A stretch of 64,000 nt of DNA from the IMG/VR virus record IMGVR_UViG_3300010885_055964, positions 96,001-160,000 of that record, one strand, 5' to 3'. The position numbers and the translations under genes were made by a program. The notes under the pieces are model-generated. The model saw only the letters and a program-made list of their open reading frames with translations. It searched no databases and was not told the DNA's origin. The DNA is from a virus. How positions within the stretch are numbered: the stretch's first letter is position 1; every line of letters starts with the position of its first letter. Shown piece by piece: positions 1 through 9,019 of this stretch.

Positions 1-1
1 T

Positions 2-625
2 GCATATAATGAAGTAAACGATGTATTATATATAGGTGTAGGCCAGGGTATAGATGGTAAGGCACAGACGATTAAGGCTATCGCTGGTGCTGGAGCTTTT
101 GCTACTAATGAATATGTCGTATCAGCCGTCGCTGGCGTCACGTCGCAGTTAGCCAACTATCTTACGATTACTGCTGCTGCGTCGACTTATTTAAGAATAT
201 CGGTCGCATCTACAACATACCTGACAAGGGCATCTGCGAGCAACACATACGCACCACTCGACTCAGCCCATCTAATAGGCATACCGACCGCTCCTACTGC
301 TGAGAACCTAACCAGTACGACACAAGTCGCCAATACTGCTTTTGTACAAACGGCAGTAGGATTGGTCAAGGGCGAAGTACCACAATCACTAGACACTCTT
401 AAGAAGATAGCGGACGCCATTGGCTCAGATGCTAGCTTTTCAGAGACGGTTGTAAATGCATTAGCAGCAAAACTAAATCAGACGTCCAACCTTTCAGATT
501 TAACTAGTACTAGTGATGCTAGGGAAAATCTAGAGCTTGGTACTATGGCGGTGCAGAATGCTGATAATGTATCCATCACTGGTGGATCTATTCAAAGCGT
601 AATCATCGATGGTGGGTCTTTCTAA
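2..625 (+). CDS. Tail-fibre/virion appendage protein, 5'-partial (frame open from the window edge)
   Basis: Frame 2 has no stop from nt 2 to TAA 623-625. It contains PTAPTA..TQVANTAFV and LDTLKKIADAIG motifs typical of phage fibres, and ends IDGGSF like the next gene. Confidence 0.75.
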   Translation, partial: AYNEVNDVLYIGVGQGIDGKAQTIKAIAGAGAFATNEYVVSAVAGVTSQLANYLTITAAASTYLRISVASTTYLTRASASNTYAPLDSAHLIGIPTAPTAENLTSTTQVANTAFVQTAVGLVKGEVPQSLDTLKKIADAIGSDASFSETVVNALAAKLNQTSNLSDLTSTSDARENLELGTMAVQNADNVSITGGSIQSVIIDGGSF

Positions 626-675
626 AACCAAAACGACCCGTGTGAGTAAGTATTAACAACTTTTAGGAGTCGATA

Positions 676-2040
676 ATGCCAAACCCTATTCGTATTAAGA
701 GGACTACTACTAGTAACCGCCCGGCAAGTTTGCAAAATGCCGAGATGGCGTTTATAGAGGGTAGCCAGATATTGACGTATGGTATTGGTACTGGTGGGGC
801 TGGCGGCACTGCTACCAGTATAATCGATATTGGTGGTATTGGTGCTTTTCTGGGGTTGGCTAGCAATCTGACTCAGACTGCTGCCGGAACATACACGTTT
901 TCTGGTACACTCAATTCAGTAACACAGTCTAGCTCTGATAATTCGACCAAAGTAGCAACCACTGCGTTCGTAAAGAATCAGGGTTATTTGACCGCTGAGA
1001 CGTATCTTGGCACGGTTACTAGTGTGTCATTGAGCCTGCCAAATATTCTGACTGTTTCTGGATCTCCGGTCACTAGCTCTGGTACGCTAAGCGCTACGCT
1101 GGCTACACAGACTGCGAATTACGTCTGGGCTGGGCCGACGACAGGCAGTGCATCCAGCCCAACGTTCCGTGCACTGGTTGCAGGTGATATTCCAACTCTA
1201 ACGGCCAGTAAGATCTCGGATTTTGCAACGACGGCTCAGGGCTATCGCCTTGACCAGTTTGCTGTGCCGACTGGTAGCGTGAGTTTTAACTCACAGAATA
1301 TTACCAATCTGGCTGACCCTACAAATGCCCAAGATGCAGCTACCAAAGCCTACGTAGATGCTGCACGTTCTGGTCTGGACGTCAAGCAGTCGGTGCGAGC
1401 GGCAACAACGGCAAATATTACGCTCTCAGGTACACAGACTATAGACGGCATTAATTTGGTGGCTGGCGATCGCGTGCTAGTTAAAAACCAAAGTACTGGT
1501 AGCCAGAATGGTATTTATGTCGTAGCGGCTGGGGCTTGGTCTCGAGCTACTGATGCCGATAGTAGTGCTGAGGTAACACCGGGACTGTTTACGTTCGTTG
1601 AGGAGGGCACGGTCAATGATAATTCTGGTTGGGTGTTAGCTACCGATCAGACGATTACACTTGGTACAACTAGCCTGACGTTCGCACAATTCAGTGGTGC
1701 TGGACAGATTACCCCTGGCGATGGTCTGACCAAAAACGGTAATCAAATAGATGTGGTGACGGCTAGCTCTACCCGAATCGTAGTAAGTGCTGATAGTATC
1801 GATCTGGCAACGACTGGCGTGTTGGCTTCGACCTACAAGAGCGTCACGGTCGATACTTACGGCCGTGTGACAGCCGGCACCAATCCTACGACACTTGCTG
1901 GGTATGGTATCACCGACGCACAAAGCCAGATCACTTCAGTAGGTCTGTTAAAGGGGGCCGGTGCTGGGTCGATTTCAGCAGCAGTGGCTGGCACTGATTA
2001 TCTCTCCCCTAGCAGTGATATTGATGGTGGCAGCTACTAG
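676..2040 (+). CDS. Head/tail fibre-like structural protein with an Mtd_N-like N-terminus
   Basis: SD AGGAG upstream. Motifs IRIKR..P.SL..AE.A, NLADPTNAQDAATKAYVD and SGTQTIDG...GDRVLVKNQ...NGIY; ends IDGGSY. Confidence 0.8.
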   Translation: MPNPIRIKRTTTSNRPASLQNAEMAFIEGSQILTYGIGTGGAGGTATSIIDIGGIGAFLGLASNLTQTAAGTYTFSGTLNSVTQSSSDNSTKVATTAFVKNQGYLTAETYLGTVTSVSLSLPNILTVSGSPVTSSGTLSATLATQTANYVWAGPTTGSASSPTFRALVAGDIPTLTASKISDFATTAQGYRLDQFAVPTGSVSFNSQNITNLADPTNAQDAATKAYVDAARSGLDVKQSVRAATTANITLSGTQTIDGINLVAGDRVLVKNQSTGSQNGIYVVAAGAWSRATDADSSAEVTPGLFTFVEEGTVNDNSGWVLATDQTITLGTTSLTFAQFSGAGQITPGDGLTKNGNQIDVVTASSTRIVVSADSIDLATTGVLASTYKSVTVDTYGRVTAGTNPTTLAGYGITDAQSQITSVGLLKGAGAGSISAAVAGTDYLSPSSDIDGGSY

Positions 2041-2059
2041 TAAATAACTAGGAACTGTT

Positions 2060-3187
2060 ATGCCACGCAAGAATAAAATAATAATACGTAATGGTACGGG
2101 TGCGCCCTCGGCTTCGGACTTCGTGACGGGCGAGCCTGCGTTTGATTCAAGCGCGGGCTCGTTGTATATCAAAAACGCTGCCGGCACGATGGCCCAGATT
2201 ACCGGTGGTGGCGGCGGCAGCGTCCCAGACCCCTACGAGCTGGGTACCTATCCGCTGATCACGATCTCCGCGCAGCCGTCGGCGACAAGCGTGACGGCTG
2301 GCAACAGCGCGACGTTCACCGTCACGGCCGCGGCCACCCTGCCGACGGCGGCGATCTCCTACCAGTGGCAAGTCTCCACCGACGGCGGCTCGACGTGGAG
2401 CAACGTCAGCGGTGCCGCGTCGTCGTCGCTCACGCTCACCAATCTCCAGATCAGCAGCAGCGGGTATCGCTATCGGTGCAGGTTAACGGCGAACCTGTCG
2501 CAGATTTTTTCGTCGTCAGCGACGTTGACGGTAAATATTGGGTTAAATCAAGCTGTCTTGTTGACGAGCGGAACAAGCTACACGGTGCCAAATGGTGCGA
2601 CCAGCATGAAGGCGTGGGCGGTGGGTGGTGGGCAGGGATACGCTGCTAACTTTGGCGGATACGGAAACGCCGCAGGCGTGGCTTACAAGACATGGAGCGT
2701 AAGCGGAGGAGTCACGGTCACGTATTCAGTTGGATCGGGAGGCACGTCAGGCGTGTACGGCGGCGCAGGAACTGATAGCACTGTGACATTCTCCGGCACT
2801 ACAATTACGGGCGGCGGCGGCAAAACACAAAGCACAGGCGGCACGTTTTCAGGTGGAGACGGAGGCAGCGCGGGCGGTCTTTCGCCGGGTAATTTTTCTT
2901 TCCAAGGCACCTATGCTGCTGCTGGTGGCGCAGTTGGCGGAAATGGAACAAGAGCAAGTTGCGGGCGATATCCGGCAACAGACATCAGTGGATTGCTGGC
3001 TGCTGTAGCATTGGCTGGTGGAAAAACAACCGAGGATTGCGGAGCAACTGCTGCATTTGGAAGCGGCGCAGCGGCTGTAAAGTACGGCACCAGTTTGGCT
3101 GCTGGGTATGGAGGTGGTGGCGCATATATCACTGGCGCGACAACTCGGAACGGTGGAGGCGGCGCGGTTGTGCTGTATTTCACATGA
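2060..3187 (+). CDS. Fibre/adhesin: Mtd_N-like domain + Ig-like domain + Gly-rich domain
   Basis: IIIRNGTGAPS...GEPAFD N-terminus; Ig I-set pattern (QP..TSV.AG.SATFTV...SYQWQ...YRYRC); Gly-rich C-terminus ending GGGGAVVLYF. Confidence 0.8.
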   Translation: MPRKNKIIIRNGTGAPSASDFVTGEPAFDSSAGSLYIKNAAGTMAQITGGGGGSVPDPYELGTYPLITISAQPSATSVTAGNSATFTVTAAATLPTAAISYQWQVSTDGGSTWSNVSGAASSSLTLTNLQISSSGYRYRCRLTANLSQIFSSSATLTVNIGLNQAVLLTSGTSYTVPNGATSMKAWAVGGGQGYAANFGGYGNAAGVAYKTWSVSGGVTVTYSVGSGGTSGVYGGAGTDSTVTFSGTTITGGGGKTQSTGGTFSGGDGGSAGGLSPGNFSFQGTYAAAGGAVGGNGTRASCGRYPATDISGLLAAVALAGGKTTEDCGATAAFGSGAAAVKYGTSLAAGYGGGGAYITGATTRNGGGGAVVLYFT

Positions 3188-3666
3188 GCAATGTGCTGAG
3201 ATCGCCAACAACTAACAACGCGATTCTGCTTACACCCAGATCCGGCTCGCACTCACTTGCGGCTGCTGCCATGCAAGTGTTCTGGCCCGGTGTGGAAGTT
3301 GTCGATAATCACCCGGCCTCGTACTTTCCTAACGACGAATGGTGGAGCGATGCGACAGACAATTGCGCAATCGTCGTCCGAAATCCCGTAGAACGCTTCA
3401 GAAGCATGTGCGCACATGTGCCGGGACGACCGCTAGAAGAGCATCTTGCCAATCCGATTTACGGCCCGCTGCCGCAAGGCAACTTCGTCCGCTACTTCCG
3501 TTTTGAGGATCAACTGAACGACGCCGCCGAATGGCTAGGCTTGCCAACGCCGCTGCCGCACGAGGACGCGACCGACCCCGCGGCGAAGCCCGCGTTGACG
3601 CCGGATCAGGAGGCTCTCGTGCGTCAAATCTTCGCCGCGGACATTGCCTTGTGGGAGTCGATCTGA
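3184..3666 (+). CDS. Short sulfotransferase-like (P-loop, PAPS-binding fold) protein
   Basis: The ATG overlaps the upstream TGA (ATGA 3184-3187). Motifs TPRSGSHSL (5'-PSB-like), VRNPVERFRS (3'-PB-like), RFED.L and VRQIFAADIALW. Confidence 0.65.
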   Translation: MSNVLRSPTTNNAILLTPRSGSHSLAAAAMQVFWPGVEVVDNHPASYFPNDEWWSDATDNCAIVVRNPVERFRSMCAHVPGRPLEEHLANPIYGPLPQGNFVRYFRFEDQLNDAAEWLGLPTPLPHEDATDPAAKPALTPDQEALVRQIFAADIALWESI

Positions 3667-3863
3667 TGGCCGTCATCAACACACAACGCGGCACAGCCGC
3701 AGCACTGACAGCGACCAACCCCGTGATCGCGGACGGGCAGGTCGTGTATGAGACCGACACTGGTCGCTTAAAAATTGGCGACGGCGTAACGGCGTGGGTG
3801 TCGCTGCGCTACGTGACGATCAACCACATCGGCGCTTACGCCGCATCAATCCTCTTCGGGTAA
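3666..3863 (+). CDS. Stand-alone Mtd_N-like small protein
   Basis: TGATG coupling; QRGTAAALTATNPVIADGQVVYETDTGRLKIGDGVTAWVSLRY is a near-canonical major-tropism-determinant N-terminal/hyaluronidase-N pattern. Confidence 0.75.
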   Translation: MAVINTQRGTAAALTATNPVIADGQVVYETDTGRLKIGDGVTAWVSLRYVTINHIGAYAASILFG

Positions 3864-3870
3864 AACGAAC

Positions 3871-4242
3871 ATGGCCGCACCAAACGCCAGCGCACCAACA
3901 GCCGTCCGCCTGAAGTCTCTCGCTGGATCGCTGACAACAACGAGCGAAACCGCCATGCTCACGAACGCCGCGAGCAGCGGACTTGCGCAGCGAGTGCGGT
4001 CAATCACGGTTGCAAACAATTCGTCGGCTGGCACAGCCGATGTCACGGTGCGCTACTACGGCGCGGCCAGCGGCGGAACAGCACTGTTCACCATCGGCCC
4101 GCTCACCGTGCCGGTCGGCGGCGCTGGCATCGCGATCGGCTCGGAGAACGTGTGCAATCTCGAAGAGGATCGACGGCTCACGATCCAGGCCAGCGCGGCG
4201 AATTACCTGTCGTGGCTCGTTTCCTATGACGAGGTGTCGTGA
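3871..4242 (+). CDS. Small beta-rich virion structural protein
   Basis: MAAPN...NAASSG...SITVAN...LEE...A.AA..L...SYDEVS pattern, familiar from fibre clusters of aquatic phages. Confidence 0.55.
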   Translation: MAAPNASAPTAVRLKSLAGSLTTTSETAMLTNAASSGLAQRVRSITVANNSSAGTADVTVRYYGAASGGTALFTIGPLTVPVGGAGIAIGSENVCNLEEDRRLTIQASAANYLSWLVSYDEVS

Positions 4243-4670
4243 TGCAGCCCGGCGACCAGTGCTGGCGTGACGCCGCGGGCGTCTCGCACCTCGATCTGCC
4301 GTGGCGTGTGGTGTTGCCCGATGGCACCACGCGGACTGACCCTGCACAGTGGTCCGAGGACGCCGACGTTCTCGCCGCGACCGGCTGGACTCGATCCACG
4401 CTCACCGATTCCGATGTGGCGGCCTTGACGCCGCCCGACCCGGAGCCGGTGGGCTGGCTCACGCCCGGCGGCTGGCGGCTCGGGACCACGCCCGAGGACG
4501 TGTCGCGACTGACGGCCGCCTACGTACTCGCCGCCCGCCGCGAGCAGCTGCGGATGCCGCAGGCGATCACCGTGGCCGATACAAACGGCGAGCGGCACGC
4601 CATGACGTTCGCGGAGTTCGATTCGCTGATGCTGGAGTTCGGCGCGGCGATGGAGGCCACAAATGGCTAG
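4242..4670 (+). CDS. Putative tail-fibre assembly/chaperone-like protein
   Basis: TGATG coupling at 4240-4244; acidic and Trp-containing; lies directly before the lectin-domain gene. Confidence 0.4.
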   Translation: MQPGDQCWRDAAGVSHLDLPWRVVLPDGTTRTDPAQWSEDADVLAATGWTRSTLTDSDVAALTPPDPEPVGWLTPGGWRLGTTPEDVSRLTAAYVLAARREQLRMPQAITVADTNGERHAMTFAEFDSLMLEFGAAMEATNG

Positions 4671-5439
4671 GCCAGCCGGCGGGTATATCTCGGGATACAC
4701 CGCACCGACAGTCAACGCCGCCGTAGGCGTGTGGTCGCTGCGTGACACGTTCCAGTTGCAACGCGCCAGCGCGTGGTTAGGCGTTGATCCATACATTGCC
4801 AACGTGCAGCTGCTTCTGCACGGCGAAGGCAGCTCGGTCGTGGATTCGTCGCCGGCGGCTCGCACGGTGACAAGCTACGGCACGGCGGGCGTCAGCGCGA
4901 CGCGATCCAAGTTCGGCGCGCAGTCGCTTTCTACGCCGACCACGTCGTCCGGGTTTTCTGTGCCGCGAACCGCGTCGCTGCTTGTTGGTTCCTCCGACTT
5001 CACGATCGAGGCGTGGGTGTGGGCGTCGTCTGTGAGTCAGTCTGGGACTATTCTCTTCGGTCCGGCCGCGTTTTCGTGGGCAATATATGTCGGGATTGGT
5101 TCGTGGGGATATTACCTCTCTACGAACGGAACCTCATACAACGTCGCTAACGGCACCAGCATGGGGACGCCCATTGCCAGCCAGTGGAACCACATTGCAT
5201 TGGTGCGCAGCGGCAGCACGTTCAGCCCGTACATCAATGGCGTTCGAGGCATTACGGCAACGTCATCGGCTGCAATTGCCGCGCCTACATCAACGGTTGG
5301 CGCAACGGTCGGCGAAGGGTTTGGCGGCACGTACGGCTACGCGGGGCTGTTCATCGACGACGTGAGGCTGACCATCGGGACGGCGAGGTACAGCGGGGCG
5401 TCGTTCACGGTGCCGACGGCCGAGTTTGCGAACCGCTAA
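4663..5439 (+). CDS. Concanavalin A/LamG-like lectin-domain receptor-binding protein
   Basis: LLLHGEG...DSS, SKFG, DFTIEAWV, WNHIALVRSG...YING and IDDVRLTIG.ARY motifs. Confidence 0.85.
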   Translation: MARPAGGYISGYTAPTVNAAVGVWSLRDTFQLQRASAWLGVDPYIANVQLLLHGEGSSVVDSSPAARTVTSYGTAGVSATRSKFGAQSLSTPTTSSGFSVPRTASLLVGSSDFTIEAWVWASSVSQSGTILFGPAAFSWAIYVGIGSWGYYLSTNGTSYNVANGTSMGTPIASQWNHIALVRSGSTFSPYINGVRGITATSSAAIAAPTSTVGATVGEGFGGTYGYAGLFIDDVRLTIGTARYSGASFTVPTAEFANR

Positions 5440-5495
5440 AAACACACGTTGACAGCCGTACACACCCGGATAGGTAATGTTTCAACAGGTGGCAC

Positions 5496-5750
5496 ATGGC
5501 ATTATCATTTCCAGCCAGCCCCACAATTGGGCAATCCAGCGTGCAAAACGGTCGCACCTACACATGGGACGGCTACGCATGGAATCTTTCCGGGTCTGAC
5601 ACAAAACACGCTAGCACACACGGCCCGTCAGGCGCCGACCCGATTGCAATTGACGGCAGTCAGGTCACGACCGGCACCGTGACCGACGCGAGGCTATCAG
5701 CCAAAGCGAACACAATGCTCAATTTGTACCTTTGGCAAAACTTCCGCTAG
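5496..5750 (+). CDS. Small fibre-associated protein
   Basis: FPASPTIGQ...YTWDGYAW N-terminal motif and HASTH..G.DP motif, both typical of phage fibre proteins. Confidence 0.6.
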   Translation: MALSFPASPTIGQSSVQNGRTYTWDGYAWNLSGSDTKHASTHGPSGADPIAIDGSQVTTGTVTDARLSAKANTMLNLYLWQNFR

Positions 5751-5758
5751 GAGCAATC

Positions 5759-6142
5759 ATGGCAGCATCACCAGCATTCGCAGCCACCCCGCGTATCGGC
5801 TCAGTTTCAATCGCCACGGCAGATTCTAGTTACACAGCGCCCACGAACGTGGGTTCTCTGATCACTGGCGTAGCAGCGGGTACAAAAATCAACGAGATCG
5901 TCTGCAAATGCGCAGCTACGAGCGCGGCAGCAATCGTAAGAATATTTCTTTATGACGGCACGACCTACTGGCTTTTTGACGAAATAACTATCGCCGCCGC
6001 GACCGGCTCGTCCACCGTGCAGCAGACCCGTGTCAGCACGAGCTATAACAACTTGATCTTGCCGACAGCGTTGTGGAGTGTGCGTGTCACAACCAGCGTG
6101 TCTCAGGCGACTCACGTTACCGCTTTTGGGGCAGACCTATGA
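5759..6142 (+). CDS. Small beta-rich virion structural protein
   Basis: SD AGGAG before ATG 5759; Thr/Ala-rich beta-strand pattern, similar in size and character to 3871-4242. Confidence 0.55.
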   Translation: MAASPAFAATPRIGSVSIATADSSYTAPTNVGSLITGVAAGTKINEIVCKCAATSAAAIVRIFLYDGTTYWLFDEITIAAATGSSTVQQTRVSTSYNNLILPTALWSVRVTTSVSQATHVTAFGADL

Positions 6143-6993
6143 ACAACGGCATTTATGGTCTGGCTACTAATAGCTTGACCGGTGCCTCGACTTTCAGCCT
6201 CAACGGCGTCACTGCACCGGTGGCTGTGCGGGCGTTGACTGTCGCTGGCGGCGGCGGCGGTGGCGGTGCGGCATACGGTGCGCCGGGTGCTGGCGGCGGC
6301 GGCGGCGGAATGCTTGAGCAGACGGTGGTCGTGCAGCTTGGCGTGGCCTACGCGGTGCAAATCGGCGCGGGCGGTGCTGCCGGCACAGGAACGTCTACTA
6401 GTGGTGGTGCTCCGGGCAGTCCCGGCAGTTTCTCGCGGTTCGGTTCGGTGATTGCTATCGGTGGTGGTGGCGGTGCATTTTCCAACGGTGCGCTCTCTGG
6501 TGCAGGATCGCCCGGCGGCAGCGGCGGCGGAACGATCGGTGCTGCCGGATACGCGACGCTTTGCTCTGCGCAGGGCAACGCCGGCGCGACGTTGAGTGGC
6601 GGCGGCGCAGGTGGCGCGGGAGTCTCCGGCTCCGCGTCGCAGCGGGCAGATGGCGGTGCAGGCCGCAGCAGCACCGTGCCTGCGGTGCCTCGCAATTACG
6701 CCGGCGGCGGTGGCGGGGGCGCAGGCACTGGAGTCCCGGGCGCTGGGGCCGGGGTGGACGGCGGCGGCAGCGGCGGCGCGAACTCAGGTACGGCCAACAC
6801 AGGCGGCGGAGGCGGTGGCGGCTCGACCAACGGTGGCTCGGGCGGCAACGGCGGCAGCGGTGTTGTAATTGTGAGGTTCAACAACGCGCTGCTGATGACA
6901 GCTACCTCCGGCCTGACCTACACAACGCAATTCTCTGGCTCGGACGCAATCGTCACGTTCACGGCAGGCACCGGCACGGTCACGTTTTCTTGA
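6139..6993 (+). CDS. Glycine-rich tail-fibre-associated protein
   Basis: ATGA coupling; VAGGGGGG...GAGGGGGG, ANTGGGGGG and GGNGGSGVVIVR motifs of phage Gly-rich domains. Confidence 0.8.
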   Translation: MNNGIYGLATNSLTGASTFSLNGVTAPVAVRALTVAGGGGGGGAAYGAPGAGGGGGGMLEQTVVVQLGVAYAVQIGAGGAAGTGTSTSGGAPGSPGSFSRFGSVIAIGGGGGAFSNGALSGAGSPGGSGGGTIGAAGYATLCSAQGNAGATLSGGGAGGAGVSGSASQRADGGAGRSSTVPAVPRNYAGGGGGGAGTGVPGAGAGVDGGGSGGANSGTANTGGGGGGGSTNGGSGGNGGSGVVIVRFNNALLMTATSGLTYTTQFSGSDAIVTFTAGTGTVTFS

Positions 6994-7000
6994 GGCAAGC

Positions 7001-7291
7001 ATGGCTCACTACGCATTCGTTGACGCAGACGGCAACGTGGTGGAGGTGATCGTCGGCCGAGACGAAGGCGAGCTTGGTATCGACTGGGAGCAGTACTACT
7101 CCGAGTTTCGTGGCCTGCGGTGCCTGCGAACTTCTTACAACACACTTAATGGCGAACACACGAAAGGCGGCATTCCGTTTCGCGGAAATTACGCGAGTAT
7201 CGGCATGCGCTACGACGAAGAGCTTGACCAATTTGTGCCGGTTATGCCTGTGGTTATGCCTGTTGTAGAAGGAGGTGATAGGGTCGACTAG
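7001..7291 (+). CDS. Conserved small phage protein that usually follows Gly-rich fibre genes
   Basis: MAHYA...V.EVIVG...TSYNT..G.H..GG.PFRGNYA.IG..YD pattern. Confidence 0.6.
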   Translation: MAHYAFVDADGNVVEVIVGRDEGELGIDWEQYYSEFRGLRCLRTSYNTLNGEHTKGGIPFRGNYASIGMRYDEELDQFVPVMPVVMPVVEGGDRVD

Positions 7292-7315
7292 TATTATCGT
7301 GTACAAATATATTAT

Positions 7316-7948
7316 ATGGGTATACATAAATTTAGCGTTGATACTGGACAGACTAATCCAGACCAATTCGATACTATTTTGACTAGTAATAGGTCAGAAG
7401 TAGAACAAAGACATACTCCATTAGCTATTCATGACAATGAATCAGCCGATATAAGAATGGCTAGGAGGCAAGCAAGGGAGATAATAGACATATCTGGTGC
7501 TGAGGTAACCGTGTACCTTCGCACAGATAATGCCGATTATGATAATGTATGGGATGAAGACCCTGATCCTACTTATTGGAATCCTATTAAATTAAAAGGA
7601 TTTTTTAAACCTCAACCACTAGAAGCTATCCTACAACAGTGGGGTGCTGAGGTTATAAATAAGACAGAAATGACTTTCGATCATTTTGAAATCAGACAAA
7701 TGACTGGTGAAAGGATGATCAGAGTAGGAGATGTTATACAGCTACCATACCGAGCTTCGACAGAAGCGATTAGCCCGAAAAATTATAGAGTATTAAATGC
7801 AACCCCGAGTGGCAATTATAGATACACATGGCTATATCTTACTTGCCAATTAGAGACATTGACTGCAGATCTGACAGTAAGACCAGAACAAGATATGCCT
7901 GAAGAGGAGCAAATAAAGACCAATGGCCAATACAGAGAAAGTATCTGA
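7316..7948 (+). CDS. Neck protein (T4 gp14-like)
   Basis: E.I.I.GA.V.VY.R...D..W.ED and GD.I.LP patterns; lies upstream of the tail terminator and sheath genes. Confidence 0.55.
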   Translation: MGIHKFSVDTGQTNPDQFDTILTSNRSEVEQRHTPLAIHDNESADIRMARRQAREIIDISGAEVTVYLRTDNADYDNVWDEDPDPTYWNPIKLKGFFKPQPLEAILQQWGAEVINKTEMTFDHFEIRQMTGERMIRVGDVIQLPYRASTEAISPKNYRVLNATPSGNYRYTWLYLTCQLETLTADLTVRPEQDMPEEEQIKTNGQYRESI

Positions 7949-8225
7949 ACAGTTAACCAGGATCAAAGACGGCTTTGATAAATCGAACCACACATTTTTA
8001 ACCCGCTTAATGTCTGGGTTGCAAAAGAGAATAGCCGACACAGTACCTGAATTAGAAGTTACGCCTACTGGTAAACAAGCGACTGTAGGGCATATTCGAG
8101 TTAATATGATTGGAAGTAAGGTAGTCGAAGACGAGACTGTCTTAGCTGACAATCAAAGGAAAATACGTCAATTGATGGATATTATGAAGAACCCGACCGC
8201 TATTATTGGAATAATAGGTGAGTAA
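7923..8225 (+). CDS. Hypothetical protein
   Basis: ORF coupled to both neighbours (TAATG at 8223-8227); no recognised motif. Confidence 0.55.
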   Translation: MANTEKVSEQLTRIKDGFDKSNHTFLTRLMSGLQKRIADTVPELEVTPTGKQATVGHIRVNMIGSKVVEDETVLADNQRKIRQLMDIMKNPTAIIGIIGE

Positions 8226-9019
8226 TGGGGCAGTATGACTGGAGCACTGATTTTTCAGTCAAGGCGGGTGCTAATAATACGGCACCCAATATGGTTCCTC
8301 ATGGGTTAACAGAAGTACCTTCAATCAGGCAGATGAGCCACGCTGAAGGAGGACGAAACCCATTTGATGGTACAGATTTTTTGTCTTATCCTAGCCATGT
8401 TGAAGAGTTTCTTCAACCAGGGTTTAGGTCTTTAGATGATGCGATGAAGCAATATTGGTCAGGCATTAGAGTGCCGACAAAAGACACTTATAGGTTTATG
8501 AGAGTAAAGATAGCAGGAGGTGATAAGAGCTTATTAATATGGAGCGATGATCTTAAAGAGGGAAGAGCCAGATTACCACTGGCTGCTATAAGTAGAGAGG
8601 GAGCTGAATTCAATCCCGAGAAGTATAGTCCTAACATATTGCCTATGGCATTACGTTATTTGGGCAGAAGAGGAGATTTGGCCGCACTAATTTACAGGCC
8701 TTCACCCTGGTTAGTTAATTATAAAATAATTATATGGGCCGAACACAAAAGAGATGCAGAATATATATTATATCAAACATTGACTAGATTCAATCCACTA
8801 GCTGAATTCAAGATGTATGATGGTAAATTACAGGGAAATATACAGCTGAGGTTCACAGGATCGACTGATGCAAGTGATAAAGAATCGGGATATGATCAGC
8901 ACGCAAAAGTAAGATATGAGATTGGTTGCACAGCCGAAGCTTGGCTACCTCTTCCAGAAAAGATAGTGAAGACTGTGCTTGGCAAAACAGTTAGCCTCAA
9001 AGAGACCTACGCTCAATAA
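8225..9019 (+). CDS. Tail terminator/sheath stabiliser (T4 gp15-like)
   Basis: RLP..AISR...FNPEK, P.P..VNY.I.IW and DA..IL.Q.L.RFNP patterns; immediately upstream of the sheath gene. Confidence 0.6.
   Translation: MGQYDWSTDFSVKAGANNTAPNMVPHGLTEVPSIRQMSHAEGGRNPFDGTDFLSYPSHVEEFLQPGFRSLDDAMKQYWSGIRVPTKDTYRFMRVKIAGGDKSLLIWSDDLKEGRARLPLAAISREGAEFNPEKYSPNILPMALRYLGRRGDLAALIYRPSPWLVNYKIIIWAEHKRDAEYILYQTLTRFNPLAEFKMYDGKLQGNIQLRFTGSTDASDKESGYDQHAKVRYEIGCTAEAWLPLPEKIVKTVLGKTVSLKETYAQ

Larger units (their letters stand above)
2094..7291. other. GC-rich tail-fibre/receptor-binding gene cassette (compositional island)
   Basis: By eye, clearly more GC-rich than the flanks. The shift begins inside the 2060 ORF and ends at the stop of the 7001 ORF; boundaries are approximate. 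Confidence 0.7.

Noticed and set aside
2959-3863. Longer ORF-track starts (2959, 3531; similarly 5732, 6073, 36752, 56556, 63032)
   Set aside because: They overlap upstream genes or a terminator; later starts with stop-start coupling or an SD fit better.
5449-5480. TTGACA as a sigma70 promoter upstream of the 5496 gene
   Set aside because: The -35 hexamer is perfect, but there is no acceptable -10 hexamer at 16-18 nt spacing.
676-7291. Diversity-generating retroelement suggested by the Mtd_N-like domains
   Set aside because: No reverse transcriptase and no template/variable repeat pair differing at adenines was seen in the window.
2147-7366. Numerous overlapping alternative-frame and antisense ORFs in the GC-rich cassette
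   Set aside because: They are expected from low stop density in GC-rich DNA, and the coupled plus-strand gene chain already explains the region.
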